Assembly: GCF_964188315.1 (NCBI RefSeq) | Contig: NC_135657.1 | Location: 105,896,001 to 105,960,000 of the forward strand | Length of the DNA stretch: 64,000 nucleotides | Source of the DNA: Podarcis muralis | Taxonomy: Eukaryota | Direction of reading: 5' to 3' | Part shown: positions 62,527 to 64,000 of the stretch, one piece after another | Layout of the letters: every line of letters starts with the position of its first letter | How positions within the stretch are numbered: the first letter of the stretch is position 1 | Made by a program: the position numbers and the translations under genes | Notes under the pieces: model-generated | Told to the model about the DNA's origin: nothing | What the model saw: only the letters and a program-made list of their open reading frames with translations | Database searches by the model: none

Positions 62527-63133
62527 GTAAGTGTGCAAAGAAAGCCCTACTGAATATCTTATTTTTAAGTTCTTTAATTTAGATCTATTACATTAACTAC
62601 AGCTTGTGAGAGCTGGGGAAAAATGAATGGATGCCAACAAATTACAACTCATATCAATTAGTTATAGCCCATAAAGCTGTCTAAATGTCAGAATTTTACT
62701 ATTGGCTGTTTCCAGTTTTGTTCCTCCATTTGCGGAAGACTTCTTGTTCCATGAAAGGTTTCCATGAGTGAAAGCAGGAAGAAAGCAGTTTTTGCCAATT
62801 ATACTTTTCTTACTCTGCCCCCTCCCTGCCTCGTGCTACCTTACATTCTGTTTTCAAGTGTTCCCTGAGCCCCTGCAATGGAATGTGACTGAGAGAGTGC
62901 AGGGTGCTGAAGGAGAAATTGGTAAAAATTGCCTCTTCTATTCACCAAAGACTATGGGGGATAGTATGTGGCTAGGTTCTTCTACTATGCTCTCCTGAAG
63001 GGAAGACATGGATAATCCTAGCTATCTGCCTATAATTTAGCATGATTTCTCTTGCCATCTGTGAGCATGGCTCTACATGGGCTTTCTTTTACACTTAAGA
63101 AGTAAAGCATTACTGTTGTGTTTAAACCCATAG

Positions 63134-63207
63134 TAGAGTTCCTGTGGAGTCATACAACAGAGAGCATGTGTGTCGGGTATATGTCAGCACAGGATGGCAA
63201 AGCTAAG
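63134..63207 (+). CDS. TASP1: TASP1 penultimate coding exon (V EFLWSHTTESMCVGYMSAQDGKAK); last exon (~30 codons) outside the window
   Basis: Acceptor cccatag and donor AAG|gtaagt; 74 nt. The CDS totals 1170 nt here with no stop. I found no THISRLP-like exon in the remaining ~800 nt. Confidence 0.96.
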
Positions 63208-63231
63208 GTAAGTCACAAATAATACTTAGCA

Positions 63232-63484
63232 CATGGGTAGGCAAAATAAGGCCCGGGGGCCGGATCTGGCCCAATTGCCTTCTAAATCCGGCCCGTGGAC
63301 GGTCCGCGGAATCAGCGTGTTTTTACAGGAGTAGAATGTGTCCTTTTATTTAAAATGCATCTCTGGGTTATTTGTGGGGCATAGGAATTCGTTCATTTTC
63401 CCCCCTTCAAAATATAGTCCAGCCCTCCACAAGGTCTGAGGGACAGTGAACTGGCCCCCTGCTGAAAAAGTTTGCTGACCCCTG
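63232..63484. mobile_element. hAT (Charlie-like) MITE
   Basis: TIR CATGGGTAGGCAAA / TTTGCTGACCCCTG; 8-bp flanks ACTTAGCA and ACTTAGTG. Confidence 0.8.
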
Positions 63485-64000
63485 ACTTAGTGTGTAAAAA
63501 ATTGTGGTTATCTTAGGGTGTGTTTTCTCCCTATCCTTTTCTTGTACCAAAACAAAAATAAAGGATGCTGAAGGGTTGTAAATTTCCTGGTTGAATTTGG
63601 ATTCTGTCTTTCCGTGTCCATACCAAGCCTTGGCCCAGTTCAGATATCATGGCTATGCTATTTGTTCAATGATCACAGGTGCTTATTTGTGCTTATGCAC
63701 CATCCCCTTTTCCTAAGTTGCTCATACCATAGGCCACAGGGTGCTCCCAATTACCAAATTATGCTTGGCCGTGATGTCTTGAGTGGGCTTCTTTCTGGCA
63801 TAGCATATCTGAAATAGTGCCTTTAAGCAGTAGAGAATGAATAGTGTTCTTCAGCAAATCCACTTAAAAAAAATTGGCAAGAGCATTTCCTTTTGCTCCT
63901 GCTGCTTGGTCAAGTTGAAAGTTGCATCCAGATCTTTGACCTCTAAATACTTTTGGGATCAGAGTTATGGAATAAAGCAAAAGTAGATGCACTGGTGAAG

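Noticed and set aside
1-64000. Prokaryotic-type systems (operons, defence islands, CRISPR), rRNA genes, or an intact autonomous transposon or endogenous virus
   Set aside because: None seen. The DNA is spliceosomal-intron vertebrate sequence, and all transposon-derived coding remnants (L1, BovB, L2) are short and disrupted.

Overview
This is vertebrate genomic DNA from a squamate reptile, probably a lacertid-type lizard. I infer that from the Sauria SINEs with ACCTTT tails, BovB, and MIR-derived and tRNA SINEs. The window holds two + strand genes in the ESF1-TASP1 order I recall from mammals. The first is the last four coding exons and 3' UTR of ESF1 (826-~7400). The second is TASP1 (taspase 1): a CpG-island promoter at ~18.9-19.6 kb, a probable non-coding exon 1, and 12 coding exons (20705-63207; 390 codons, all GT-AG introns, intact D233/T234 autocleavage site). 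Its final exon lies beyond the window. The rest is intronic or intergenic DNA rich in transposons: Sauria SINEs, BovB, L1, L2, solo LTRs, Tc1/mariner (Tigger- and Tc2-type) MITEs and hAT MITEs. Nearly all other ORFs in the supplied track are spurious or transposon-derived. I cannot claim a new biological system. The most unusual structure is a perfect 99-bp-arm palindrome in TASP1 intron 9 with a 14-bp target duplication, typical of a Penelope-like element; it carries a minimal hammerhead ribozyme on both strands. Other points of note are a solo LTR with a 100-codon open frame, an inverted pair of promoter-bearing solo LTRs upstream of TASP1, three upstream AUGs around the TASP1 start codon, and MITEs whose central hairpins carry inverted ETS or CCAAT motifs. 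Gene and family names come from recalled sequences, not from database searches.
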